Below, in pieces: positions 18,045 to 28,117 of a stretch of DNA of 47,495 nucleotides. The position numbers were made by a program, and so were the translations under genes. This stretch comes from Patescibacteria group bacterium (GTDB taxonomy: Bacteria > Patescibacteriota > Microgenomatia > UBA1400 > PJMF01), in the NCBI GenBank assembly GCA_039934415.1, contig JBDTME010000001.1:1-47495 (forward strand), read 5' to 3'. The notes beneath the pieces were generated by a model. The model saw only the letters and a program-made list of their open reading frames with translations, did not search any database and was not told the origin of the DNA. Within the stretch, counting starts at the first letter, position 1; each line of letters opens with the position of its first letter.

Positions 18045-18437
18045 ATGTCAGACAAAAAAAAGATTTTTCTCGTTGAAGACGATGATCGGTTATTACAACT
18101 CTATAACCAATTACTCGTGGCAGATGGTTATGAAGTAGAAACATGCAACAACGGTTTGGATGCTTTGACCAAAATGCAGGAAGGTGGTTTTGATTTGGTG
18201 CTGCTTGATATCATGTTACCAGGAAAAGATGGTTTGGAAATTCTGGAAGATATTCAAAAGAAAAAACCAAAAAATCCTATTCGCTCGATTATCTTACTCA
18301 CGAATCTCGCAAAAAATGAAACTATTGCGCGTGCCCTAAAAAACGGTGTTGACGGGTATATTATCAAAAGTCGTTACTCACCAGAGGAATTTCTCGCTGA
18401 AGTAAAAAAAACACTTGAAGGAAAACCGATTTCTTGA
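18045..18437 (+). CDS. Single-domain response regulator (REC only)
   Basis: LVEDD, LLDIMLPGKDG, LTN and YIIK. Confidence 0.93.
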   Translation: MSDKKKIFLVEDDDRLLQLYNQLLVADGYEVETCNNGLDALTKMQEGGFDLVLLDIMLPGKDGLEILEDIQKKKPKNPIRSIILLTNLAKNETIARALKNGVDGYIIKSRYSPEEFLAEVKKTLEGKPIS

Positions 18438-20521
18438 TCTCAATGACTGCTGCCCAACGTCTTCAATTACATGAAGACCCAGATCTCTATAAAAAAGTAT
18501 TTCAACTCTCTCCAGAGGCTATTGTCATCATTGACCGTACTGGCCATATCATAGAGATGAATGATCGGATGACTGAATGGTTGGGATACCCAAAAAAAGA
18601 CGTACTCCATAAGCACCTCCTCCAATTACCATTTCTGACACTCAAAAATAAACAGCTACTGATCAAGAACTTTTTAACACGAATATCTGGTAAAGAACGA
18701 TCAGAGTATCAAGCTGAATTTTTGACAAAGGATGGACATGTTCGGATAGGCAAGATCAAAGGCGCATTGATTCGAGATGCCTCAGGTCATGTTGTGGCTG
18801 ATTTGGCAATGATCACTGAAGCGACCCAAGAACTCCGAGAAGAAACAGCAATTCGGAAAAAAGAAGAAATTCTGGAAGCAGTGAACTACTCTGCCCGTAC
18901 CTTCTTAAAATCACAAGCAAATCAAGCAGATTATGAAAAAGTACTCAAATCAATCGGTGAATCTGCTTCTGCTAGTCGAGTAGTATTGGTGATTAATGAC
19001 CTCTTGGGTCAACGTTACGAGTGGGCTGCCCCAGGAATTGCATCAATTGTCTTAGATAAGAAATATCCCAATCTTTTTCAAAAAGCAAACGAGTTATCAG
19101 AGTTTTCTAAGAAGCTGGAGGACAATAACATTATCTTCGGTATTGAATCAGATTTTGACAAAGATGTTCAAGCTGTTTTAAAGCGATATAAAATAAAGTC
19201 GTTTGTTCTACAACCCATTTTTGTCAACAAAAAGTGGTGGGCCTACTTGTGTATCCATGACTGCTTAGAAGAAAGAAAGTGGTTGTCAGAAGAGATTGAT
19301 GCGTTGGTTGTCGCATCCAAAATCATCGGTGCTGCGATGGAGAAAAACTTGGTTGAACTGAAACTGCGAGAAACTGTTGAGTATTGGAGACATGAAAAAG
19401 AGCGAGTGACGGAAGAAATCGCAAATACCCAAAAATTCAAGCAAGCAGTGGATAGTGCTACTGACGGGGTGGTAATTACGACAGTTGATCGAAAGATCAT
19501 TTATATTAACCGTGCATTAGAAAACATGACTGAGTACTCGTCGGCAGAAGCAGTCGGAAAAAATTCTGATTTTCTGACAATAGCTAAGACACCTCATCAA
19601 ATTTTAACGAAGTTATGGGAAACACTTGATGCTGGTCAACCGTTCAACTCTGATGAAGTTGTGATGAGTAAGAAGGATGGAACTGAACTGCCAGTTCGGT
19701 TATCTGTGTTTGCGATCAATGAGAAAGGCAAACCTCAATTTTTTGTTGGAATACTTGAAGACATCACACGACGTCGTGAAATTGATCGCATGAAAACTGA
19801 ATTTATCTCGATTGTTTCTCACCAACTCAACACTCCTCTATCAGCCATGAAATGGTTTTTGGAATTGCTACAGATGGGAAAAGCCGGACCTCTCTTACCG
19901 AAACAACAAGAGTTTGTCCAAAATTTGATCGATTCTAATATTCGAATGATTGCGTTAGTACGGTCATTACTCAATATTAGTCGCATTGAATCAGGCCGGA
20001 TAATTATCGATCCTCACTTGACTGATATACGGGTGTTAATTGATGATGTCTTAAAAGAAGTAGCACCTTTTTTTGAGAAGAAGTCTCAGAAGATCAATGT
20101 GAATATCGATGAAAATCTGTCAAAAGTGATGCTTGATCCTCGTTTGATTAGGAATGTGTACTTAAACCTGCTTACCAACTCCTCAAAATACTCACCAGAA
20201 GGAACGGAAGTAGATATCAATATTTTTCAAAAAGATGACGAGCTTGTTTCTCATGTTATCGATCATGGATATGGGATACCCAAAAATGATCAAGATAAAA
20301 TCTTCACTAAATTTTTTAGAGCAGCGAATGTTGTTCGATTGGAAGCTGACGGCAGTGGTTTAGGTATGTACTTGGTCAAAATAGTGGTAGAGTCATCAGG
20401 TGGGGAAATTACATTGAACAGTGAGGAAAATAAAGGTACAGACGTCGGTTTTGTACTGCCACTTAAGGGTGTGAAACCAAAATCAGGTGATGTCTTCCTT
20501 GATCAAAACGCTTATTCGTGA
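18434..20521 (+). CDS. Soluble PAS-GAF-PAS-HisKA-HATPase sensor kinase
   Basis: Two PAS-like segments, H-box SIVSHQLNTPLS, NLLTNSSKYS, DHGYGI and GSGLGM. Alternative ATG at 18443. Confidence 0.92.
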   Translation: MISMTAAQRLQLHEDPDLYKKVFQLSPEAIVIIDRTGHIIEMNDRMTEWLGYPKKDVLHKHLLQLPFLTLKNKQLLIKNFLTRISGKERSEYQAEFLTKDGHVRIGKIKGALIRDASGHVVADLAMITEATQELREETAIRKKEEILEAVNYSARTFLKSQANQADYEKVLKSIGESASASRVVLVINDLLGQRYEWAAPGIASIVLDKKYPNLFQKANELSEFSKKLEDNNIIFGIESDFDKDVQAVLKRYKIKSFVLQPIFVNKKWWAYLCIHDCLEERKWLSEEIDALVVASKIIGAAMEKNLVELKLRETVEYWRHEKERVTEEIANTQKFKQAVDSATDGVVITTVDRKIIYINRALENMTEYSSAEAVGKNSDFLTIAKTPHQILTKLWETLDAGQPFNSDEVVMSKKDGTELPVRLSVFAINEKGKPQFFVGILEDITRRREIDRMKTEFISIVSHQLNTPLSAMKWFLELLQMGKAGPLLPKQQEFVQNLIDSNIRMIALVRSLLNISRIESGRIIIDPHLTDIRVLIDDVLKEVAPFFEKKSQKINVNIDENLSKVMLDPRLIRNVYLNLLTNSSKYSPEGTEVDINIFQKDDELVSHVIDHGYGIPKNDQDKIFTKFFRAANVVRLEADGSGLGMYLVKIVVESSGGEITLNSEENKGTDVGFVLPLKGVKPKSGDVFLDQNAYS

Positions 20522-20564
20522 TGTAGTATACAAGAAACTTTTTTGTTTCATTTGAAAGGTATTT

Positions 20565-20930
20565 ATGAAAAAAGTGTTAGTCGTCGAAGACGATAAATTT
20601 TTAGCCAATGCATATCGAGCTGGATTTGAAGGTGAAGGCCTCGAGGTAAGTCTAGCCTTTGATGGTGAGGAAGCGCTGGCAATGGCTAATCAAACAAAAC
20701 CAGATGTGATTATTTTAGACATTTTAATTCCTAAAATTGATGGATTTAGCGTACTCCAGCAGTTGAAGGCGAATAAAGAGTTAGAGCACATTCCTGTCAT
20801 CATTGCTTCAAATCTTGGTCAAAAACAAGATATCGATAAGGGATTGGAATTGGGAGCGACCGATTTTATTATCAAAAGTGAGTCGTCAGTGACAGAGATT
20901 TTGAATAAAATCAAAAACGTATTGAAGTAA
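20565..20930 (+). CDS. Single-domain response regulator (REC only)
   Basis: VVEDD, ILDILIPKIDG, ASN and FIIK. Confidence 0.93.
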   Translation: MKKVLVVEDDKFLANAYRAGFEGEGLEVSLAFDGEEALAMANQTKPDVIILDILIPKIDGFSVLQQLKANKELEHIPVIIASNLGQKQDIDKGLELGATDFIIKSESSVTEILNKIKNVLK

Positions 20931-21012
20931 AGTAAGTCAAAATCTTTTTTCAACAAAAATTTCTACCTGAATTTTTTGAAAGTTGCCTCAAATGAATGAA
21001 GTGAACACTTAC

Positions 21013-22854
21013 TTATCTGGAAACTGCTTTTTGCAAATCTCGTTTGCGTAGTCGCAAATGATGTGGAGTAACTTCTAGCAACTCATCAGGACCGATGAAG
21101 TTTAAGCATTGTTCAAGTGATAACTTCACTGCTGGTGCAATTCTCACCAAAACATCTGCATTACTTCGAACGTTTGTTGCTTTTTTACCGCGAGTTGCAT
21201 TCATTACCATGTCTTGTGGACGAGTATTTTTGCCGACAATCATGCCGCCATACACTTCTTCTCCTGGTTCAACAAAGGTGTCCCCTCGCTCTTGAATGTT
21301 GGAGAGACTATAAGTGATCGCAGTTCCAGTGTCGGATGAGACAATAACGCCATTTCGCATCCAAGGTGTATCTGGACCTTTTGGTTCATAACCTAATGGC
21401 ATTGAATGAATAAGGGCACTTCCTGAAGTGGCGGTCAAAATGTCATTTCGATAGCCAATCAAGTTACGTGTTGTAATTTTGAACTCAAATTTAACACCAT
21501 TCTTACCTGTGACCATATTGATCAGTTCACCACCTCGTTGTCCCATACTGGTTGTAACAAATCCAATAAACTCTTCCATGACCTCAATCGTGACTTTTTC
21601 CCAAGGTTCCATCGTCACACCGTCGACTTCTTTAAAGACGACTTCAGGACGAGAAACAGAAAACTCGTATCCTTCTCTGCGCATCGTTTCAATCAAAATG
21701 GACAAATGCAATTCACCTCGACCGGCCACGATGAAAATGTCAGCTGTTGCTCCAGGACTGATTCGAAGACCGACGTTTGTTTCAAGTTCTTTAGTTAATC
21801 GAGCTCCGATTTGACGAGAAGTTGTGAACTTGCCATCTTTTCCAACAAAAGGTGAATCCGACACTGAGAACTGTATTTGCACGGTTGGCTCAGTAATATC
21901 GAGTTTACGTAAACCTTCTGGGGCGGTTGGATCACAAAGTGTGTCACCGATTTTGGTTTCTGGAAAACCTGTCAGTGCAATGATATCGCCTGCTGATGCT
22001 GAATCGACTTCAACTTTATTTAAGCCGAAAAAAGTAAATAAATACTCAACTCGAGCCATTGTAAGAGGATCATCACCTCTCATGATTTGCAATTGTTCAC
22101 CTTTTTTTACTTGACCACGTTGAATTTTACCAATCACATAACGACCTTTGTAGTTATCAAAGTCAAGTGAAGTGATCTGCATTTGGAATGGACCTTCAGG
22201 TTGTACATTTGGTGCCGGAATAGTGTCTACGATAGTTTGAAAAAGAGGAGTTAAATCTGTACTATCAGTGATTCTGAGAGAATGTTCTGGGTTTGATTCG
22301 ATGACTTTACCAACAATGCCATTTCTACCAATGCCGTAGAGAATCGGGAATCGAAGTTGATCATCTGTAATTGCAAGGTCGAGGAATAAGTCGTTGACTT
22401 CTTCGATGACTTCATCTGCACGCTGGTCTTTTCGGTCGACTTTATTAATTAAAACAATTGGTTGCAGTCCATTTTTGAGTGCGAGTGAAAGAACGTAACG
22501 AGTTTGTGAGAGAACACCCTCTGCAGCATCTACTAATAGGATGCAGCCATCAGCCATGTTTAAGACGCGTTCTACTTCGCCTGAAAAATCAGCGTGGCCG
22601 GGAGTATCTAAGATATTGAGTTTATACCCATTCCAATGCACGACAGTATTCTTGGCTAAAATAGTCACACCTCTTTCTCGTTCCAAATCATTGGAGTCAA
22701 GAATGGTGGTTTGTTGCATCTCTGCTTGGTGCTCAGCAAATACATGGGCCTGTTTCAACATGCCATCAACCAAGGTAGTTTTACCGTGGTCAACGTGAGC
22801 AATAATAGCGATGTTTCGAATGTGTGCGATATCCATATCTATCCATTTTTCCAT
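21013..22854 (-). CDS. typA: Translational GTPase TypA/BipA
   Basis: RNIAIIAHVDHGKTTLVD, DTPGHADFSGEVER, NKVD and GRGELHLSIL. Alternative start at 22836. Confidence 0.97.
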   Translation of the reverse strand: MEKWIDMDIAHIRNIAIIAHVDHGKTTLVDGMLKQAHVFAEHQAEMQQTTILDSNDLERERGVTILAKNTVVHWNGYKLNILDTPGHADFSGEVERVLNMADGCILLVDAAEGVLSQTRYVLSLALKNGLQPIVLINKVDRKDQRADEVIEEVNDLFLDLAITDDQLRFPILYGIGRNGIVGKVIESNPEHSLRITDSTDLTPLFQTIVDTIPAPNVQPEGPFQMQITSLDFDNYKGRYVIGKIQRGQVKKGEQLQIMRGDDPLTMARVEYLFTFFGLNKVEVDSASAGDIIALTGFPETKIGDTLCDPTAPEGLRKLDITEPTVQIQFSVSDSPFVGKDGKFTTSRQIGARLTKELETNVGLRISPGATADIFIVAGRGELHLSILIETMRREGYEFSVSRPEVVFKEVDGVTMEPWEKVTIEVMEEFIGFVTTSMGQRGGELINMVTGKNGVKFEFKITTRNLIGYRNDILTATSGSALIHSMPLGYEPKGPDTPWMRNGVIVSSDTGTAITYSLSNIQERGDTFVEPGEEVYGGMIVGKNTRPQDMVMNATRGKKATNVRSNADVLVRIAPAVKLSLEQCLNFIGPDELLEVTPHHLRLRKRDLQKAVSR

Positions 22855-22975
22855 TTTTCAAGAAAGTCAATTATACGCTGGAAAAGCTGGTTTGCCAATC
22901 TAGAGAAGTATTGCCATTCGTCACGATACACTCTCGATCATTGACTCCTGAGTCCAAAAGGTCTTGAATGAAGTA

Positions 22976-23923
22976 ATGATAGACACCTTTAACGCTCCCA
23001 CTCCAATGCAATCAGGCCCGACTCCTTTGCCTACACGACCTGATCCTTGCAAGGACGGGACCTGTGATAAGTGTCTTAAAGGTGGAATGCCGATGAAGAA
23101 GGAAATTCTGTCATTTTTATTGATCTTATGTATTGGTGCAATGACGGTATTGTTTGTGTTGTGGGTAAATGAGAAACGCCAGCTCTCTCAGCTGACCAAA
23201 CAAAATGCAAGTATGTCACAAGATTCCACCACTTCAGAAATGGATGCTGATAAAGTTGTCAGCACTGCTGTTCCCAGTCCTAAAGTTATGAGTCAACTTA
23301 TTGATTTACCTAAACCGAACTTCAAAGGTGTTTTAAGCGTTGAAGAAGCTCTTTTTACTCGTCGAAGTCGTCGAGAGTTTTCATCTCAACCAGTTTCTCA
23401 GTTTGAACTCGGTCAAATATTGTGGTCTGGTCAAGGTGTGACTGATGACTTAGGTCATCGTACTTCTCCATCGGCTCGCGAAGGTTATCCATTTACGGAG
23501 TACGTTGTCGTTCGTAATGTAGAAGGTCTTCAGCCTGGTTTGTATCAATATCTGCCAGAGAAACACCAAATCGGTTACATCGGATTGGCAAATGCTGGGG
23601 AATTATTAACAGCCGCAGGAGTTCAAGATAACTCCCAAAATGCTCCCGTTGTGATTGCCTTAAGTGGAGCGATTGGGAAGATGGTCAAGAACTTTCCGAC
23701 GAACGCAACTGAAGTGACGATGATTGAAGCCGGTCACATTGGTCAGAACATTTACTTGCAAGTGGAATCAATGGGAATGTCCACCGTCGTGACGGCGGGA
23801 TTTGATGTTGCTAAAGTTGGTCAGGCTTTGCAGTTAGATCCATCTGAGACTGTAGTCTATTTAATTCCATTGGGTCATCGATCAACTGTTACACCAACTC
23901 AATCCCCGGAAAATCAACTATGA
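22976..23923 (+). CDS. Membrane-anchored SagB/ThcOx-type nitroreductase (FMN) domain protein
   Basis: TM segment ILSFLLILCIGAMTVLFVLWV, then RRSRREFS, RTSPSA and IEAGHIGQNIYL. TTGACT-17-TTGAAT-6-ATG favours a start at 22976. Confidence 0.85.
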   Translation: MIDTFNAPTPMQSGPTPLPTRPDPCKDGTCDKCLKGGMPMKKEILSFLLILCIGAMTVLFVLWVNEKRQLSQLTKQNASMSQDSTTSEMDADKVVSTAVPSPKVMSQLIDLPKPNFKGVLSVEEALFTRRSRREFSSQPVSQFELGQILWSGQGVTDDLGHRTSPSAREGYPFTEYVVVRNVEGLQPGLYQYLPEKHQIGYIGLANAGELLTAAGVQDNSQNAPVVIALSGAIGKMVKNFPTNATEVTMIEAGHIGQNIYLQVESMGMSTVVTAGFDVAKVGQALQLDPSETVVYLIPLGHRSTVTPTQSPENQL

Positions 23924-24594
23924 AGAAATATATTACTTTAGTGAGTTTCACGTTATTTCTTGGATTGCTTTTTGTCTCTACTCAAGCTGTTTTTGCCCAA
24001 GCCAAACAGTTTACGACTGAAGAGTTGAAGCAGTTTGATGGAAAGAGTGGTCATAAGGCTTATTATGCCTACGAAGGTAAAGTCTACGATGTGACAGGTA
24101 GTCGGCTTTGGAAAGAAGGTGAACACTACGGGTTGCAGGCAGGTGAAGACTTAACTGGGAAAATGACAAGTGCTCCACATGGGACTGAAGTCTTTGCTGG
24201 ATTTGAGGTCATGGGGACATATGGTGCAATGCCAACAACATCAGCAGTACAAACCCCGGTCGTCACTCAATCTCCACTTGGTGTCCCCTCAACAACTCCT
24301 CAACGGGCATGGTTTGAAAGTCCTATTCGTTTGCTGAACATTTCAATTTTGGGGTGGACTGGCATTGTATTAGGTATCTTCTTTGTTTTAACCTTTGCCA
24401 CTTGTTTTGCGATGCCTTGGGCAAAATTACCTTTGCCATGGGTTGGCTCTCGACCAGGTCCTGATCCATTAGATGCTTCATTCCGACACATGACTTGGAC
24501 GTATATTCACAAATATTTCGTTTGGATTACCGTTATTCTCGGTATCGTTCACGGCATCTTAGGATTCATGCAAATACTGGGTATCTACCTCTAA
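23920..24594 (+). CDS. Cytochrome b5-like heme domain with signal peptide and C-terminal His-bearing TM helices
   Basis: FTTEELKQFDG, GKVYDVT, GEH...AGEDLT...APHG; the TM helix HKYFVWITVILGIVH has two His 14 residues apart. Confidence 0.85.
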   Translation: MKKYITLVSFTLFLGLLFVSTQAVFAQAKQFTTEELKQFDGKSGHKAYYAYEGKVYDVTGSRLWKEGEHYGLQAGEDLTGKMTSAPHGTEVFAGFEVMGTYGAMPTTSAVQTPVVTQSPLGVPSTTPQRAWFESPIRLLNISILGWTGIVLGIFFVLTFATCFAMPWAKLPLPWVGSRPGPDPLDASFRHMTWTYIHKYFVWITVILGIVHGILGFMQILGIYL

Positions 24595-24599
24595 CTGAG

Positions 24600-26264
24600 T
24601 TAGTTGATGTATAACTTTTCCTTGTAATCTTGAAGCATACGAGTGGCACTATATTTTTCACGAATCGTTTGTGCTGTATCGATCATTCTTTGCAACCATT
24701 GTTGAGGAATGGCATTTTGATCCCTGTCTAAAAACAACGGAATGATTTCTTTTTCAATTGTGGCATACAGTGATTCAGAAATATGATCATTGTCCAATAT
24801 CCAACCCATATTTTCCCAAGAAACTTCCCGTACCCACCCATCGTTTGTACTGCACTGTAGGACGCCGTTTACGCCAGCTTTCATGCCACTCGTTCCACAT
24901 GCCTCAAAACCCTCGATTGGAGTGTTTAGCCACACATCACTTCCCTGGACAAGGTACTCTGCAACCTCAAGATTGTAATTAGGTATGTATGCGATACTTT
25001 CAGAAAATATGGGATTTTGAGTGATAGAGTACACATGCTTGATCATGTCTTGAGCTTGCTGGTCATGTGTATGGCCTTTACCTGAAAATACTAAGTACAC
25101 AGGCAAGTTGGCGGAATTGAGAATGTGTTCTAGCCGTTCAAGCAACCAAAACAACACCTCTGGCCTTTTGTACTGAACGAATCTTCTCGACCAGGTGATA
25201 ATGAGTCCATTGCTGGAAAAGGTCTTGCCAGTCTTTGCTTTGATGTATTTTACAAGTTTGTCTTTGGATTCTTGGTGAGCATGCCAAAAATCAAGTGGGC
25301 TAGGAGGAGCTTTTTCGTTTAAGTTCCACACTTGGTTTTTTTCTGCTGCATACCAGCGAGGCAAGAAAATCCCATTTGTTATCGACAACAGTCGATAGTC
25401 TGGCCAGATTGCTGTCGCTTTTTGCGCATGATACTCACTGACAGCATTGGTTTTTCCTGCTGTACGTAGACCAAGAAAGGTCATGGAAAACAGAGAGCTG
25501 CCGGGAATATTGCCTAGATCTAATAACTTTGAGATGACGAGGGCTCGTTCTTCTGCGAATGATGCCAGAAAAACGGTGACCAGTTCGTTGGTAAAGTTAT
25601 CATTTCCAGCTGGGATGAGGGTGTGATTGGTGAATCTTAGTTGCTCTTTTCCTTTTTCAAGTGCTTCATTGAAACTCATTCCTAATTTACCCATCAAATC
25701 TGCAATATGTTCAAAAGCACAGAATGCCGCATGACCTTCGTTCATATGAATAAATTGAGGAGTAAATTTTAGCGCTTTGAGTAACCGCATTCCTCCGATT
25801 CCCAAAACGAGCTCTTGGGCCAACCGATGTTCTTTATCACCTGAGTACAAACGATCTGTGATATTTTGAAACTCCGTAGTATTCCCTACCAGGTTGGTGT
25901 CTAATAAATACAAATTGAGGTGCTGATATTCTTTTTTCCAGACCTGGATTTTGAGCAGTTTTTCTTGAAATGGAATAGTAACAATGACTCTCTCGCCTGT
26001 TTCATCCACGACAGGGATCAGACCAGCTTGTTGCGGAGAGATTTGTTCGATCGTGTTTGTAATCTCATTACCTTCTAATGCCTGTTTATAGACTGACGAG
26101 TACAAGAGTCCGATTCCTACTACGGGAAAGCTTTGTTGGTCAGCTTCTAGCAGAAAATCCCCTGCCAGTACTCCTAATCCACCTGAGTAGATATGGACAT
26201 CGTCTCGTAGAGCGAACTCCATACAAAAATAAGCTACAGTTGGTTGTGTATTAGCTTCTGGCAC
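24600..26264 (-). CDS. glgP: Alpha-glucan (glycogen) phosphorylase, short form
   Basis: YSGGLGVLAGD, HMNEGHAAF, RRFVQYKR and the PLP site EACGTSGMKA. Confidence 0.92.
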   Translation of the reverse strand: MPEANTQPTVAYFCMEFALRDDVHIYSGGLGVLAGDFLLEADQQSFPVVGIGLLYSSVYKQALEGNEITNTIEQISPQQAGLIPVVDETGERVIVTIPFQEKLLKIQVWKKEYQHLNLYLLDTNLVGNTTEFQNITDRLYSGDKEHRLAQELVLGIGGMRLLKALKFTPQFIHMNEGHAAFCAFEHIADLMGKLGMSFNEALEKGKEQLRFTNHTLIPAGNDNFTNELVTVFLASFAEERALVISKLLDLGNIPGSSLFSMTFLGLRTAGKTNAVSEYHAQKATAIWPDYRLLSITNGIFLPRWYAAEKNQVWNLNEKAPPSPLDFWHAHQESKDKLVKYIKAKTGKTFSSNGLIITWSRRFVQYKRPEVLFWLLERLEHILNSANLPVYLVFSGKGHTHDQQAQDMIKHVYSITQNPIFSESIAYIPNYNLEVAEYLVQGSDVWLNTPIEGFEACGTSGMKAGVNGVLQCSTNDGWVREVSWENMGWILDNDHISESLYATIEKEIIPLFLDRDQNAIPQQWLQRMIDTAQTIREKYSATRMLQDYKEKLYIN

Positions 26265-26314
26265 GAAGTTTATTGTGGCGGATCAGAAGGTGGTTGTGAA
26301 GGCTGAAATACAAA

Positions 26315-26338
26315 AACCCCGACTTGGAAGTCGGGGTT
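26315..26338 (-). terminator. Intrinsic terminator after the RRM gene
   Basis: Perfect 10-bp stem AACCCCGACT-tgga-AGTCGGGGTT with a minus-strand T run. Confidence 0.85.
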
Positions 26339-26362
26339 CTAAATTCTTTGTTTAAAAAAATT

Positions 26363-26755
26363 TTAACGATCGTTATCACCATAAGAGCGTCGTTGGTAAC
26401 CACCGCGATCACCACCTCGGTCACCGCCACGATCATTTCCACCACCTCGACGATCGTTAAATCGTGGTTGGCGTGGTTGTGGAGGTCGAGCAATAGAAGC
26501 GAAAATTTGTCGTTCCATTACTTCTTTACCATTGAGACCTTCAACAGCTGCGTTTGCTTGATCTGCAGTAGCGTAAGTAACAAAGCCAAAGCCTTTTGAA
26601 CGGCCACTGAACTTATCAGTCATGACGATGCATTCGACTACGTCACCAAACTCGGCAAAAGCTGCCTGTAGGTCTTCGGAGGTCATCCGATAATTAAGAT
26701 TCCCAACAAATAATTTTGCTGGATTTGCTGCGGGAGCAGCGGAAAAGTCTGACAT
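26363..26755 (-). CDS. RRM RNA-binding protein with RGG tail
   Basis: RNP2 LFVGNL, RNP1 KGFGFVTY and DRGG repeats; GGGAG lies upstream of ATG 26755. Confidence 0.93.
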   Translation of the reverse strand: MSDFSAAPAANPAKLFVGNLNYRMTSEDLQAAFAEFGDVVECIVMTDKFSGRSKGFGFVTYATADQANAAVEGLNGKEVMERQIFASIARPPQPRQPRFNDRRGGGNDRGGDRGGDRGGYQRRSYGDNDR

Positions 26756-26899
26756 GGAGACTCCCAAAGTTCTTTGCACATCTTACAACTTACTTAAGGA
26801 AAACCTTGGCAGTGAAGAATGTATGAAAGATACTAACTACTAATAATCCGGCTATTATAACACACATCCAGTCTGAAGACCACCTGATAGTACTCGAGC

Positions 26900-28045
26900 C
26901 TAATGTGAGTGCTGATTTGAGTGATGGTCAAGTGACTTGAGCGTCTTTTCCGAGAGTCTTTCGACCACTAATGCAGCCACTAAGGTGCTCAGCGGTACAG
27001 CTAATACTAGTCCAATCGAGCCGGTGAGGGTACGGATAACCTCTTCGAGAATGATTTCACTATTCAACGTTACCCACATTGGTACCTGTTTATTGATCGT
27101 GAAAAGAATAAATAATGGTAGGTTAGCGCCAGCGTAGGCTAAGATGAGCGTGTTAACCAATGACGCAACGTGATCTCGACCAATATCGAGGGCTCGTGCG
27201 TACAACTCAGCTATATTTATATCCTTTTTCAGCGCTTTTAACTCAAAGACTATAGCAATCTGAGCTATGCAGATATCATCCAGCACGCCCAAAGCACCTA
27301 AGAGTATTCCTGCTAAGAGTAACCCCTGTAAATTGATTTTTGAAGTTGAGCCAAATTGTAAGTAATACGCTTCTTCACTCCCTAGTCCCACGACCTGAGC
27401 TGCACTGACTGAAATCTTTGAAAGTAGGGCGACAGCAGCCAAAACAGTCAGAATTGATAGGAGTGCCAAGTGAGATTTTATAGACCAACCATGACATAAG
27501 TAGATACTCAATGCGGCAATGACAGCAGAACCGATCATGGCGATTAAGATTGGATCATCACCTGATAGGATGTGAGGCACAATGAAAGTGGTGAGCACGA
27601 GCAAACTGACTAACATTCCAATGATAGATAACAGACCCTGCCATCGGGCGACGATAATGACTAGGACAAAAAATAACCCCAACAACCAATAGAAGGTCGG
27701 CGCTCGGTAAATATCTACAACCACAATTTGTAGACTATCATCTGCAATTTTCTGTTCTGCCAAAATGACGGTAGAACCAGTTCTTAATCTTTGATTGTCA
27801 TTTAATGGTTGGTATTGTGTCCCAACATCAACACTTACTTCTTGATTATTATCTAATCGTTTTATTTGTACTTTTTGTGTATAAAACTGTTCTTGGTCTT
27901 GGAATATTGTTTGTTCTTCTACAATCTTCTCTACCTTTCCTAACAGGTACTTTTGAATAGGAGAGTTACCTTGTGCGAAAACGTTCTTTGGTGCTAGTAA
28001 AGTGATGAGTATGAACAGGAAGGTGACGAACAAAATCTTTTTCAT
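26900..28045 (-). CDS. YibE/F family membrane protein with His-containing tail
   Basis: GALGVLDDICIAQ, GRDHVASLVNTLILAYAG and EEVIRTLTGSIGL; ends DHHSNQHSH. TATACT lies 7 nt before ATG 28045. Confidence 0.9.
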   Translation of the reverse strand: MKKILFVTFLFILITLLAPKNVFAQGNSPIQKYLLGKVEKIVEEQTIFQDQEQFYTQKVQIKRLDNNQEVSVDVGTQYQPLNDNQRLRTGSTVILAEQKIADDSLQIVVVDIYRAPTFYWLLGLFFVLVIIVARWQGLLSIIGMLVSLLVLTTFIVPHILSGDDPILIAMIGSAVIAALSIYLCHGWSIKSHLALLSILTVLAAVALLSKISVSAAQVVGLGSEEAYYLQFGSTSKINLQGLLLAGILLGALGVLDDICIAQIAIVFELKALKKDINIAELYARALDIGRDHVASLVNTLILAYAGANLPLFILFTINKQVPMWVTLNSEIILEEVIRTLTGSIGLVLAVPLSTLVAALVVERLSEKTLKSLDHHSNQHSH

Positions 28046-28117
28046 ACGTGTGAGTATATCGTTGTTTTCACAATTTTTAAAAGCGCAGAGTAGGCGTTGA
28101 TGTGTTAAAATAGCCGT

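Noticed and set aside
7442-23923. RiPP cluster suggested by a C39 peptidase and a SagB/ThcOx-like dehydrogenase
   Set aside because: The genes are about 15 kb apart in unrelated contexts. There is no YcaO, precursor peptide or exporter, and the SagB-like protein is membrane-anchored.
28082-28099. Second copy of the znuA operator between yibE/F and the Fur gene
   Set aside because: GCGCAGAGTAGGCGTT shares only the outer bases and has different spacing.
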